The notes under the pieces: generated by a model
The model's input: only the letters and a program-made list of their open reading frames with translations
The model's database searches: none
Told to the model about the DNA's origin: nothing
In this document: positions 1-9,291 of the stretch, one piece after another
Layout of the letters: each line of letters opens with the position of its first letter
Position numbering within the stretch: position 1 is the stretch's first letter
Assembly (NCBI GenBank): GCA_046598045.1
Contig: JBKJJJ010000061.1
Location: 1-28,326 of the forward strand
Direction: 5' to 3'
Source: Candidatus Eiseniibacteriota bacterium
GTDB lineage: Bacteria; Eisenbacteria; RBG-16-71-46; DASYSL01
Length of the DNA stretch: 28,326 nucleotides
Program-made: the position numbers and the translations under genes

Positions 1-1212
1 ATCGCGCGGGCTACTGGCGACAAGTTTACCCATGCCGCAGCCGCCCTCTTCCTGTCGAAGCTGATGGCAGACTCGGGGAGCCCAATTGACGCCATGGGGT
101 TGGCCTACGATGCCAAGTTGGATTTTGAGTCTTTGCCGTCCCCGCGCTGGGCGGCGGAGGCGAACACCTGGCTCGGCGAATTGATGAATCGACTTGCTAC
201 CGTTGCCTCGAGCGCCACAAGCCCGCGGACTGCGAAGAAGTCGCCGCCCAAACCCGACCCCACCCCCATCCCCGGCATTCCCGACTTCATCGCGGGCGAT
301 CCTCGGGTGCGGCAGATCCTCATGACAACGCTCAAGCTGTCGCCGCGCGGCTTGAGCATGCTCGTGATGGGTGAGTCGGGAACCGGCAAGGAGCTGGTCG
401 CCGAGGCGATTCACAACGCGAGCGAGCGGCCGGGCCAGTTCGTGGCGATCAACTGCGGCGCGCTCCCGGGAGACCTGCTCGAGGCGGAGCTCTTCGGCCA
501 TGCGCGTGGGGCATACACGGGTGCGGATCGCGAGCGCGGCGGCCTCATCGAGTACTCCAATCACGGCACGCTCTTCCTCGATGAGATCGGAGACATGCCG
601 CTCAAGGCGCAGGCGCGGCTGCTGCGGGCGCTCGAACGCGGCGAGATCCGCCGGCTGGGCGAGAATACGGCCCGGCTCGTGGACCTGCGCATCGTCGCGG
701 CCACGCATCGCAACCTGCTCGAGATGGTTTCGGCCAACGAGTTTCGACTCGATCTCTACCACCGGCTCACGGGGTTCGTGATCACTCTGCCCGCCCTGCG
801 GGATCGCGGAAGCGACGTCAATCTCCTGATCGATCACTTCCTCGACATCTATTCGCGAGAGCAGGACAAGGTGGTCGCGCTCTCGCCCGAGGTGCGCGCG
901 CAACTCGGGCGGCACTCGTGGCCTGGCAACGTGCGTGAGTTGCGCAACGTCATTCTCCGGCTCGTGTCGCTCTCCGAGCCGGGACAGACGTTGGACGAGC
1001 TGCCGTTCCATCTCGAGGGGGCGGAGAGTCCGCGCACGCTCCCGGAGGCGCTCGACGCCGAAGAGCGGCGCCGCATCGTGGACGCGCTGCAGGCCAGTGG
1101 TTGGAACAAGGCGAAGGCGGCCGTCGCGCTGGGCGCGAGTCGCACGACCCTGATTGGCAAGATGAAGCGATTGGGAATCGAACCACCGCTCTTCGGGGCG
1201 CGCGTGCGCTGA
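1..1212 (+). CDS. sigma54-dependent transcriptional activator (bEBP, AAA+ plus Fis-type HTH), 5'-truncated by the window edge
   Basis: Walker A GESGTGKE, ELFGHARGAYTGA loop, Walker B LFLDEIG, WPGNVRELRN, C-terminal HTH (WNKAKAAVALGASRTTLIGKMK). Frame 1 is open from base 1 (IARATGDKFTH...), so the true start is probably upstream of the window. Confidence 0.93.
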   Translation: MARATGDKFTHAAAALFLSKLMADSGSPIDAMGLAYDAKLDFESLPSPRWAAEANTWLGELMNRLATVASSATSPRTAKKSPPKPDPTPIPGIPDFIAGDPRVRQILMTTLKLSPRGLSMLVMGESGTGKELVAEAIHNASERPGQFVAINCGALPGDLLEAELFGHARGAYTGADRERGGLIEYSNHGTLFLDEIGDMPLKAQARLLRALERGEIRRLGENTARLVDLRIVAATHRNLLEMVSANEFRLDLYHRLTGFVITLPALRDRGSDVNLLIDHFLDIYSREQDKVVALSPEVRAQLGRHSWPGNVRELRNVILRLVSLSEPGQTLDELPFHLEGAESPRTLPEALDAEERRRIVDALQASGWNKAKAAVALGASRTTLIGKMKRLGIEPPLFGARVR

Positions 1213-1307
1213 GACATCCCCCCCTGGCGCGAGAACACTCCGCGCCCGGTGCAGCGCGCCCCACTTCTGCAGGCCTTACCCTCGCCCGATCCTGAGTCTC
1301 GCCCCCC

Positions 1308-2207
1308 TCAGCGCAGGAACAGCACGACCACGCCGGTCACCGCGACCAGCGCGCCCAGGATCAGGCGCGGGGTGACCTTCTCGTGGTGGAAGCGCATCGC
1401 GATCAGGATCGCGAGCACCGGGAAGAACGCGGTGATCGACGACGCGACTCCGGCGTCGATGTACTGGAGCGCGACCAGCGACAGCGTGACGCCGAGGAAC
1501 GGCCCCGAGAACGCGCCGCCGAGCGCGAATGCCGTGCCGCCCCGGTCCGCGCGCGCGGCTGCGATCGTCGGCGCCGCCTGCCCGCGCAGGACCGCCCACG
1601 TCCAGATCACGAGCGTAGCCGCGCCCACGCGCACGACCGTCGCTGACAGCGGATCGATCCCGGTCTGAAGCGCCATCTTCGACAGCACGTAGCCGCCGGC
1701 CTGCCCGAGCGCGGCGAGCGCGCCCGCGATGATCCCGGTTGCCACGCGCCCCGAGGCCTGCTCGTGCGTCTCGTGCGCGCGCTCGAGCAACACCCACGCG
1801 AGGCCGCCAAGCAGCAGCGCCATGCCGATCAGCAGGTGCGGCCCCGGCCGCTCGCCGAGAAGCGGCCACGCGAGCGCGACCGTGAACAGGGGCGCGAGCG
1901 ACATCACGAGCGTAGCGCGGCCCGGACCCAGGTTCACGATCGAGCGAAAACCGTTCCCGTCGCCGAAGATGAAGCCGATCACCCCGCTCAGCGCGAGCAA
2001 GCCGAGCTGGAGTGGCGTTGCCCACGTGGGCCACGCGCTGCCGCGGGTCACCAGCAGCGCGATCATGAGGAACACCAGGCCGAAAACCAGGCGCAGGCGG
2101 TTGAGCGCCTGTGGCCCGAGGCGCGCCGCCGCGGCGGCGAAGAGACTCGCGCCACTCGCCCAGCAGACGGCGGTGCCCAGGGCAGCCAGTTCTCCGGCGA
2201 ATCGCAT
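1308..2207 (-). CDS. DMT/EamA-family transporter
   Basis: About ten hydrophobic segments in two EamA repeats (GELAALGTAVCWA..., LAWPLLGERP, AMRFHHEKVT). Start taken as the ATG at 2207; the ORF track starts at GTG 2216. Confidence 0.88.
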   Translation of the reverse strand: MRFAGELAALGTAVCWASGASLFAAAAARLGPQALNRLRLVFGLVFLMIALLVTRGSAWPTWATPLQLGLLALSGVIGFIFGDGNGFRSIVNLGPGRATLVMSLAPLFTVALAWPLLGERPGPHLLIGMALLLGGLAWVLLERAHETHEQASGRVATGIIAGALAALGQAGGYVLSKMALQTGIDPLSATVVRVGAATLVIWTWAVLRGQAAPTIAAARADRGGTAFALGGAFSGPFLGVTLSLVALQYIDAGVASSITAFFPVLAILIAMRFHHEKVTPRLILGALVAVTGVVVLFLR

Positions 2208-2214
2208 GGAGCGC

Positions 2215-2220
2215 ACTGTA
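2215..2220 (-). promoter_or_regulatory. putative -10 box (TACAGT) of a leaderless EamA transcript
   Basis: TAnnnT hexamer 7 nt before the ATG at 2207, with no Shine-Dalgarno sequence. Confidence 0.35.
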
Positions 2221-2317
2221 ACCGGTGCGCCGTAACTTGCACAGCGCGCGCCGCCGCGCGCATCCTATCGGGGTCCCGACTCATTCCTCGCCCCGGTCCT
2301 CTGCCTGCGGAGCCCCC

Positions 2318-3406
2318 ATGTCGAAGCTGTTCACACCCCTGACCCAGCGCTCCGTCACGTTCAAGAACCGCGTGTTCGTCTCTCCCATGTGCATGTATTC
2401 GAGCATCGACGGCATGCCGAGCGATTGGCACATGGTCCACCTCGGCAGCCGCGCGGTCGGCGGCGCCGGCATGGTGATGGTCGAGGCCACGGGCGTCTCG
2501 CCCGAGGGCCGGATCTCGCCGGGCGACAGCGGGCTCTGGTCCGACGCGCACGCGGCGGCGTTCGTGCCGATCACGCGCTTTATCGCGGAACACGGCGCGG
2601 TGCCGGCGATCCAGCTCGCGCACGCGGGCCGCAAGTCGTCGACCGAGGTGTCGTGGGAGGGCGGCGGCGTGATCCCCGTGTCCGACCCACGAGGCTGGAC
2701 GCCGCTCGCCCCGAGCGCGATCCCGTTCCACGAGGGCGCTGTCCCGCCGCGAGCGCTCGACGCGGCCGGCCTCGACGAGGTCGAGGCTCAATTCGTGCGC
2801 GGCGCGAAGCTCGCGCTCGCGGCGGGATTCCGCGTGATCGAGCTCCACATGGCGCACGGCTACCTGTTCAACGAGTTCCTCTCTCCTCTGTCGAACCATC
2901 GCACCGACGAGTACGGCGGCGACCGCGAAGGCCGCATGCGCTTCCCGTTGCGCGTGACGCGCGCGGTGCGGGCCGCGTGGCCGGACGAGCTGCCGTTGTT
3001 CGTGCGCATCTCGGCGAGCGACTGGGCGGAGGGCGGTTGGACAATCGACGATTCGGTGGAGTTCGCGCGGCGCCTCAAGGCGGAGGGCGTCGATCTCGTC
3101 GACTGCTCGAGCGGCGGCCTCGTCGCGCACGCGAAGATCCAGCCCGGCCCCGGCTACCAGGTGCCGTTCGCGCGCCAGATCCGCGCCGAGGCCGGCATCG
3201 CGACCGGCGCGGTCGGCCTGATCACCGAGCCCGCGCAGGCCGAGGAGATCCTCGCCTCGGGCGCGGCGGACGCGGTGTTGCTCGCGCGGCGCCTGCTGTC
3301 GGACCCGTACTGGCCCCTGCACGCCGCGGAGGCGCTGGGCGTCGACGTCGCATGGCCGAGGCAATACCGGCGCGCGAGGCCGGTCGCCGCCGCCCCGGCG
3401 CGCTAA
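2318..3406 (+). CDS. namA: NADH:flavin oxidoreductase / old yellow enzyme, YqjM/NamA-like
   Basis: NRVFVSPMCMYS, IQLAHAGRK, ELHMAHGYLFNEFLSPLSNHRTDEYGG, C-terminal WPRQYRRA. GGAG RBS at 2309-2312 before the ATG at 2318. Confidence 0.92.
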   Translation: MSKLFTPLTQRSVTFKNRVFVSPMCMYSSIDGMPSDWHMVHLGSRAVGGAGMVMVEATGVSPEGRISPGDSGLWSDAHAAAFVPITRFIAEHGAVPAIQLAHAGRKSSTEVSWEGGGVIPVSDPRGWTPLAPSAIPFHEGAVPPRALDAAGLDEVEAQFVRGAKLALAAGFRVIELHMAHGYLFNEFLSPLSNHRTDEYGGDREGRMRFPLRVTRAVRAAWPDELPLFVRISASDWAEGGWTIDDSVEFARRLKAEGVDLVDCSSGGLVAHAKIQPGPGYQVPFARQIRAEAGIATGAVGLITEPAQAEEILASGAADAVLLARRLLSDPYWPLHAAEALGVDVAWPRQYRRARPVAAAPAR

Positions 3407-4824
3407 GCGCCCTTCACCGCGGCGTACATCGCGAGCGCCTTCTCGCGCTGCTCCTCGTGCACCACGATGCGCTCGGGATAGTCCGTGCCCCACGCCGCGC
3501 GCTCGAGCGCCGCCGCTTCCCAAGGGCGATGGATGTGGCGATCGGGCGCGCCCGCGAGCTCGGGCACCCAGCGCCGCACGTAGGCGCCCCGCGGGTCGAA
3601 CTTCTCACCCTGCAGCCACGGGTTGAAGATGCGGAAGTACGGCTGCGCGTCCGTCCCCGTGCCCGCCGCCCACTGCCAGCCGCCGTTGTTGTTCGCCAGG
3701 TCGCCGTCGACCAGCTGGTTCATGAAGTGGCGCTCGCCCTGCCGCCAATCGAGCAACAGGTCCTTCGTCAGGAACGACGCCACGATCATGCGCACGCGGT
3801 TGTGCATGAACCCGGTCGCGGCCAACTCGCGCATGCCCGCGTCGACCATCGGGTAGCCGGTGCGTCCCGCCTTCCACGCCGCGAGGTGCCGCGGGTCGCC
3901 CTGCCAGCGCAGCGCGTCGTACTCGCGGCGAAAGCACCCGGTCTCGCAGTGCGGGTAGTGATGGAGAACGTGCGCGTAGAAGTCGCGCCAGCGTAACTCG
4001 GCGACGAACTTCGCGGCCGCGGTGCCCAACCGCGGTTCCGCGCGCGCCGCCTCGAGCGCCGCGTGCGCGACCGTGCGCACCGAGATCGTCCCGAACCGCA
4101 GGTCGGCCGAGAGGTGCGACACCGCGTCGGCCTCGGGCACGTCGCGCTCGGTGTCGTAGCGCGCGAGGCCGCCTTCGACGAATCGCTCGAGTCGCTTTCG
4201 CGCCGCCGCCGCGCCGCCGGGCCAGCGCGTCGAGCCCGGCTCGTCGAAGCCGACCCCGCGCAGCGTCGCGACCCTTCGTGCGGGCAGGTCGTGCCCGGCC
4301 CCAAAGCGCGTCACCGCCTCGACCGCCTCGGGCAGGCCGGCCGCGAGTGGCAGCGCCTCGCACGCCCGGCGAAACGGCGAGTACACGACGAACGGTGCGC
4401 CGGCCTGGTTCATCACCACGCCCGGCGGCACGAGCAGGCGGTCGTGAAAGCGCCGCACCTGCACGCCGGCATCGCGCAACACGCGCTCGACCGCGTCGTC
4501 GCGCGCCCCGAGCGATGGCTCGTACTCGTCGTTCCAGTAGACGGCGCCGGCGCCCACGGCTTTTGCCGCCCGCAGCACGGTGTCGGTCGCATCCCCGTGC
4601 GCGAGCGCGAGGTGCGATCCCGCGCGCTCGACCGCGCCCGCGAGATCCGTGAGCGAGTCGAGCACGAAGCGCACCCGTGTCGCCGCCATGTCGGGTCGCC
4701 CGAGGATTGCGGGCTCGCTCGCGTAGAACGGCACGACGTCCGCGTTCGCGTCGCGCGCGGCGGCGGCGAGCCCGACGTTGTCGTCGAGCCTCAGGTCCTT
4801 GCGAAACCAGAAGAGGATGCGCAT
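3403..4824 (-). CDS. phrB: deoxyribodipyrimidine photolyase (class I CPD type)
   Basis: WFRKDLRLDDN N-terminus, TGYPMVDAGMREL, GFMHNRVRMIVASFLTKDL, NNGGWQWAAGTGTDAQPYFRIFNP. Start set at the ATG at 4824. Its stop overlaps the convergent OYE stop (3403-3406). Confidence 0.95.
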   Translation of the reverse strand: MRILFWFRKDLRLDDNVGLAAAARDANADVVPFYASEPAILGRPDMAATRVRFVLDSLTDLAGAVERAGSHLALAHGDATDTVLRAAKAVGAGAVYWNDEYEPSLGARDDAVERVLRDAGVQVRRFHDRLLVPPGVVMNQAGAPFVVYSPFRRACEALPLAAGLPEAVEAVTRFGAGHDLPARRVATLRGVGFDEPGSTRWPGGAAAARKRLERFVEGGLARYDTERDVPEADAVSHLSADLRFGTISVRTVAHAALEAARAEPRLGTAAAKFVAELRWRDFYAHVLHHYPHCETGCFRREYDALRWQGDPRHLAAWKAGRTGYPMVDAGMRELAATGFMHNRVRMIVASFLTKDLLLDWRQGERHFMNQLVDGDLANNNGGWQWAAGTGTDAQPYFRIFNPWLQGEKFDPRGAYVRRWVPELAGAPDRHIHRPWEAAALERAAWGTDYPERIVVHEEQREKALAMYAAVKGA

Positions 4825-4835
4825 TGCGCCTGGCG

Positions 4836-5240
4836 TCAGGCCCCGGGGGGCGGTTTCTGCGTCTTGCTGACGATCCACACGGCAGCGGTCCAGGTGGGCA
4901 CGAGGTTCACCATCGGGATGAACTCGGCAATGAGCGTCGGCAGCAGCGCGATGTGCCAGCCGAGCAGGAAGATCATCGCCATCGCCATGAACACGTCGAG
5001 CGCATCGGAGATCGGCGACGCGAAGCCACCCGCGAACAGCGGCAGGAACGCGATCTGCAGCGCATCCGCGGCGAGCGCGAGCACCCAGGCGAGCTTGCGC
5101 CGGCCACGCCACTTGGCGACCGTGGTGGCCTGCGCAGCCCGCGCCTGGTCCGCGCCGGGCGGGGTAATCGGCTCGGTCTCGAGAACTTCGACGTCGTCGG
5201 CGTCGTCGGAGTCGGGGCGGTCGGAATCGGAGTCGCTCAC
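4836..5240 (-). CDS. small hypothetical membrane protein with an acidic N-terminus
   Basis: GTG at 5240 preceded by GGAGG. D/E-rich N-terminus followed by hydrophobic segments (LAWVLALAADALQIAFLP...; AEFIPMVNLVPTWTAAVW). Ends 11 nt before phrB on the same strand. Confidence 0.7.
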   Translation of the reverse strand: MSDSDSDRPDSDDADDVEVLETEPITPPGADQARAAQATTVAKWRGRRKLAWVLALAADALQIAFLPLFAGGFASPISDALDVFMAMAMIFLLGWHIALLPTLIAEFIPMVNLVPTWTAAVWIVSKTQKPPPGA

Positions 5241-5267
5241 GGGAACCTCCGCGGGGTCACCTCGCCA

Positions 5268-5389
5268 AGTTGTCAAGCCGGGGGTGAGACCATGCGAAAT
5301 CTGGCAGCGTACAAATCGTACCAAGCGTACAAAACGTACGCTTCGTACACCTTCAGAAAAACCTGGGCTTCGTCCCCGGCTTGACGACT
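5268..5389. repeat. 16-bp imperfect inverted repeat enclosing a 5x9-bp CGTACnnnn tandem array
   Basis: AGTTGTCAAGCCGGGG (5268-5283) and CCCCGGCTTGACGACT (5374-5389) differ by one mismatch. CGTAC starts at 5308, 5317, 5326, 5335 and 5344. Confidence 0.85.
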
Positions 5390-5443
5390 CGCACTACCCG
5401 GCACACGGCAACCGGAGTCCGGGGCGGGCGCGCGCGCAAGAGT

Positions 5444-7153
5444 CTACAGCTTGCGATAACGCGGACCGCCGCCACCCTCGGGCGGGACCCAGGTGATCAC
5501 CTGGTAGGGATCCATGATGTCGCAGGTCTTGCAGTGCACGCAGTTGCTCGGATTGAGCTTGAGCTTCGTCCCGCCCACCGCGGCGTCGGACACCATCTCG
5601 TACACGTTCGACGGGCAGAAGTGCTGGCACGGGTTGCCGAACTCGGCCTTGCAGCGCGTGTTGCACACATCCGCCACGTCGGCAGGCGTGATCACGAGGT
5701 GCGCCGGTTGGTCCTCCTCGTGGATCGTGCCCGACAGGTAGAGGTCCGAGAGCTTCTCGAGCTGGTCAGGCAGCGCGAACTTCTTCTGCGTCGTGGGCTG
5801 GCCAGCGAGCGTCGCCGCCTCCGAGGCTGACAGGCGCCCCATGAGTTCGTGCCCCGCGACCGTCGGCTGGCCCTGGTACGGCGCCCAGCCGCCGAACACG
5901 GTCTGGAGCCCGGTGTAGAACATGCCGGCCCACAGCCCATGATCGAAGCCCTGGTGGAAGTTGCGACCGCCCCACAGTTCCTTGCGCGCCCACGACGCCT
6001 CGAAACGGGAATGGTAGCCCTCGAGCCGAGCGCGCGAGAGGTCCCCGGCGATCAGGCCGTCGAAGATCGTCTCGGCCGCGATCATCCCCGACTTCATCGC
6101 GAGGTGAATGCCCTTGAGTCGCGCCGCGTTGACGTTGCCGCCCGAGTCGCCGACGAACAGCGCGCCGTCGGTCACCGGCTCGGGCATCGCAAAGTATCCA
6201 CCCAGCGGCACCGCCTTCGCGCCGTAGGCGATCGCCTTGCCGCCGGCGAGCAGCGCCGCCACCCACGGGTGCGCCTTGAACTTCTGCAGCTCCTCGTGCA
6301 GGTCGAGCGTGGGGCGGCGGTAGTCGAGCCCGACCACGAGGCCGAGCGAGATCACGTTGCCCGCCATGCCGTAGATCCACGACCCGCCGTAGGTCTGAGT
6401 GTCGAGCGGGAAGCCCATGGTGTGCACGACGTGGCCCATCGGGAAGCGGCCCGCGGGCAGCTCCCACAGCTCCTTCACGCCGGTGCCGTAGACCTGCGGG
6501 TGATCGCGGCGATCGAGACCGAGGCGGCGGCCAAGCTGCTTCTGCAGCGTGCCGCGCGGGCCCTCGCCGAACACGGTGACGCGCGCGCGCAGCTCGCTGC
6601 CGGGCTCGTAGTTGGCCTTCTTCTGCCCTTGCTTGTCGATGCCCTTGTCGCCGGTGATCACGCCGGCGATGCGGCCGTCCTCGAACACGACCTCGGTCGC
6701 GGGCGTCGAGGTCAGCACGTACGCACCCTGCTCCTCGACGCGCGCCCCGAGCCACTTCACGACCTCGCCGAGGGAGACCACGTAATTGCCGTGATTCTGC
6801 AGCGGCGGCGGCGCGATCGGGAAGCGCACCTTGCCGTCCTTCGTGAGGAAGTAGACGTCCTCGCCGGTGACCGGGCTCTCGATCGGGAAACCCGCTGCGA
6901 GAAAGTCGGGCATCAACTCGCGGAGAGCGATCGGATCGAGCACCGCGCCCGAGAGCGAGTGGTCGCCGAGCTCGGCTGCCTTCTCGATCACCGCGAGCTG
7001 GATTTCGCCGAGCGCGGGCCCCGCGTGCGTGCCCGCGGCGACGGCCTCGTTGTGGCGCGCGATCAGGTTGCCGAGGTGGTACGCCCCGGCGAGCGTGGCC
7101 GGGCCGGCGCCGACGAACAGGACGTCGACCTCGAGCGTCTCACGCTCCGCCAT
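5444..7153 (-). CDS. electron transfer flavoprotein-ubiquinone oxidoreductase (ETF-QO)
   Basis: FAD motif DVLFVGAGPA, HSLSGAVLDP, NHGNYVVSL, KGIHLAMKSGMIAAE, and C-terminal 4Fe-4S motifs CQHFCP and NCVHCKTCDIMDPYQVITWVPPEGGGGP. Confidence 0.95.
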   Translation of the reverse strand: MAERETLEVDVLFVGAGPATLAGAYHLGNLIARHNEAVAAGTHAGPALGEIQLAVIEKAAELGDHSLSGAVLDPIALRELMPDFLAAGFPIESPVTGEDVYFLTKDGKVRFPIAPPPLQNHGNYVVSLGEVVKWLGARVEEQGAYVLTSTPATEVVFEDGRIAGVITGDKGIDKQGQKKANYEPGSELRARVTVFGEGPRGTLQKQLGRRLGLDRRDHPQVYGTGVKELWELPAGRFPMGHVVHTMGFPLDTQTYGGSWIYGMAGNVISLGLVVGLDYRRPTLDLHEELQKFKAHPWVAALLAGGKAIAYGAKAVPLGGYFAMPEPVTDGALFVGDSGGNVNAARLKGIHLAMKSGMIAAETIFDGLIAGDLSRARLEGYHSRFEASWARKELWGGRNFHQGFDHGLWAGMFYTGLQTVFGGWAPYQGQPTVAGHELMGRLSASEAATLAGQPTTQKKFALPDQLEKLSDLYLSGTIHEEDQPAHLVITPADVADVCNTRCKAEFGNPCQHFCPSNVYEMVSDAAVGGTKLKLNPSNCVHCKTCDIMDPYQVITWVPPEGGGGPRYRKL

Positions 7154-8099
7154 GCACGGCCTCCGCGTGGTGCTTGTGCTCGAGCCAGCGCTCGGCGTCG
7201 ATCGCGGCCATGCAGCCCGTGCCCGCGGCGGTGATCGCCTGGCGGTAGATCTTGTCCTGCACGTCGCCGGCGGCGAACACGCCGTCGATATTGGTGCGAG
7301 TGCCGTCGTGCGTGATCAGGTAACCGGTCTCGTCCATGTCGAGCAGATCCTGGAACGGCTGTGAGTTCGGCTGGTGCCCGATGGCGAGGAACACGCCGGT
7401 CGCCGTCACGTGGCGGGTCTCGCCGGTCACCGTGTCGCGCAGCGTGGCGCCGACGACCTTCTTGCCGATCCCGTCGCCCTCGCCCTCGACCTCGAGCAGT
7501 TCGGCGTTCGTGATCCACGCGATCTTGGGATTCTTCTGCGCGCGCTCGAGCATGATCTTCGACGCGCGGAACTCATCCCGGCGGTGGACGATCGTGACCT
7601 TGCTCGCGAATTTCGTGAGGTAGGTCGCCTCCTCCATCGCGGTGTCGCCGCCACCGATCACGAGGATCTCCTGCTCCTTGAAGAAGAACCCGTCGCAGGT
7701 CGCGCACGCCGACACGCCGAAGCCCATGTACGCGCCCTCGGACGGGATGCCGAGCAGCTTCGCCGACGCGCCGGTGGCGACGATCAGCGACTCCGTCTCC
7801 TCGACGCGCTCGTCGTCGATCCAGACCTTGAACGGGGACTTCGCCAGGTCGACCTTTGTGACCGTCCCCTCGATGAACTCGGTGCCGAAGCGCTTCGCCT
7901 GCTCCTCCATCTCCTCCATGAGAGCGGGGCCCATGATCCCGTGTCGGAAGCCCGGGTAGTTCTCGACGTCGGTCGTGATCGTGAGTTGCCCGCCGCGCTG
8001 GATGCCATGGATGAGCGCGGGCTTGAGGTTCGCGCGCGCGGCGTAGATGGCGGCGGTCAGGCCGGCGGCGCCGGAACCGAGGATGAGGACCTTGTGCAT
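7140..8099 (-). CDS. trxB: thioredoxin-disulfide reductase
   Basis: ILGSGAAGLTAAIYAARA, GVSACATCDGFFF active site, GGGDTAMEEA, FAAGDVQD-YRQAITAAGTGCMAA. Confidence 0.97.
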   Translation of the reverse strand: MHKVLILGSGAAGLTAAIYAARANLKPALIHGIQRGGQLTITTDVENYPGFRHGIMGPALMEEMEEQAKRFGTEFIEGTVTKVDLAKSPFKVWIDDERVEETESLIVATGASAKLLGIPSEGAYMGFGVSACATCDGFFFKEQEILVIGGGDTAMEEATYLTKFASKVTIVHRRDEFRASKIMLERAQKNPKIAWITNAELLEVEGEGDGIGKKVVGATLRDTVTGETRHVTATGVFLAIGHQPNSQPFQDLLDMDETGYLITHDGTRTNIDGVFAAGDVQDKIYRQAITAAGTGCMAAIDAERWLEHKHHAEAVHGGA

Positions 8100-8114
8100 G
8101 GGTGAAACGCTCCT

Positions 8115-9269
8115 TCAGGTGCGGGTCGTGGCCCCGGAGGCGGCGCGGCCGCTCTTCTTGTACTCGTCGACCAGCGCCGCCATGAACGCGTCGCGCTGGT
8201 CGTAGAGCCGCTTGAGCGGCCGCGGCGCGTGCGCCTCGGTCGCGTAGGCGGTGATCAGCGGCAGCGCCACGGTCGCATCGACGTAGCAGGCGAGCGCATC
8301 GGGCAGCTTGTCCGGGTCGACCTTGCCCCACGACACGGCCTCGGACGCGGTCGCGCCCGACAGCCCGCCGGTGTCCGGCCGGGCGTCCGTGAATTGCATG
8401 AAGTAGTCGTGCCCCTTCTCTTCGATGCCGAGCACCTCCTGGATTTGCGGCTCGGTCTGGAGCGCGAAGTTCTTGGGCGACCCGCCGCCCAGGATGAAGA
8501 TCGCGCTCTTGCCCCCGCCCCGCTTCGCCGCCAGGACGAGCGCGGCGGTCTCGTTGACATCGCGCGAGACGTCGAACGCCAGCAGGTTGCCCTCGAGCGC
8601 CTTCGCCGCGACGTTCATGCCGATCGAGCTGTCGCCCGGGGATGAGGTGTAGATCGGCACGCCGCACTCGTACGCGGCCGCGAGCAGCGACTTGCGGCCC
8701 TGCCCGAGGACCTCCTCGCGGGCGTGGACGTACTTGCCCACCTTGTAGTGGAACTCGGCGGTCGACATCGTGGCCTGGAACTCGGGCGCGGTGATGACCT
8801 CGCGGAAGAACGCGTCGGTCGAGAGCAACACCTCGTAATCGAAGAAGATGTCGTAGATCCGGACCACGCCGTGGTCGCGCAGGATCACGTCCGAGGTCTG
8901 CGGGTTGCCGCGGTGCATGGACAGCCCGATGCCGTAGTGCGTGTCGTGGTAGAGGTTCGCGCCGGTCGAGATGATCCAATCGACGAAGCCGTTCTTGAGC
9001 AGCGGGATGAGCGCGCTCATGCCCAGGCCGGCCGGCGTCAGCGCGCCGGTGATGGTGAGGCCGACCGTGACGTCGGGCTCGAGCATCTTGTTCGTGAACA
9101 GGTGGCAGGCCTCGCGCAGGCGGGCCGCGTTGTACGCCTGGAAGGTCCCGTCGATGAGCTGGCGCACGGTCATCGCGCCCGCGATCGGCGTCGGGTCGAT
9201 GCGGGCCCCGTCGAGGAACTTGTGGTTCCGCTGCCCGCCCTGGATACCGGATGGCTTGTGTGGGTGCAT
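8115..9269 (-). CDS. speY: deoxyhypusine synthase-like protein (in bacteria probably a homospermidine synthase)
   Basis: [37 protein letters not shown], and [18 protein letters not shown] with the catalytic Lys of the DHS family. The gene symbol is tentative. Confidence 0.88.
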   Translation of the reverse strand: MHPHKPSGIQGGQRNHKFLDGARIDPTPIAGAMTVRQLIDGTFQAYNAARLREACHLFTNKMLEPDVTVGLTITGALTPAGLGMSALIPLLKNGFVDWIISTGANLYHDTHYGIGLSMHRGNPQTSDVILRDHGVVRIYDIFFDYEVLLSTDAFFREVITAPEFQATMSTAEFHYKVGKYVHAREEVLGQGRKSLLAAAYECGVPIYTSSPGDSSIGMNVAAKALEGNLLAFDVSRDVNETAALVLAAKRGGGKSAIFILGGGSPKNFALQTEPQIQEVLGIEEKGHDYFMQFTDARPDTGGLSGATASEAVSWGKVDPDKLPDALACYVDATVALPLITAYATEAHAPRPLKRLYDQRDAFMAALVDEYKKSGRAASGATTRT

Positions 9270-9275
9270 GGCCGG

Positions 9276-9284
9276 AGATTAGCA
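9276..9284 (-). promoter_or_regulatory. extended -10 (TGcTAATCT) for a leaderless transcript of the DHS-like gene
   Basis: TGnTAnnnT ends 6 nt before the ATG at 9269, with no SD sequence between. Confidence 0.45.
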
Positions 9285-9291
9285 GAGCGGC

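Noticed and set aside
3403..5112. 569-aa extended photolyase and other extended starts (805-aa kinase, 497-aa lipoprotein ORF)
   Set aside because: The extensions overlap other real genes in a different frame. Family N-terminal motifs and start/stop overlaps support the shorter starts.
5308..5352. CGTAC array as a mini-CRISPR
   Set aside because: The 5-bp repeats and 4-bp spacers are far too short, and there are no cas genes in the window.
8320..8345. SWGK in the DHS-like protein as a third WGxxK tail
   Set aside because: It is the internal catalytic EAxSWGK motif of the DHS family, in a cytoplasmic enzyme, with different spacing.
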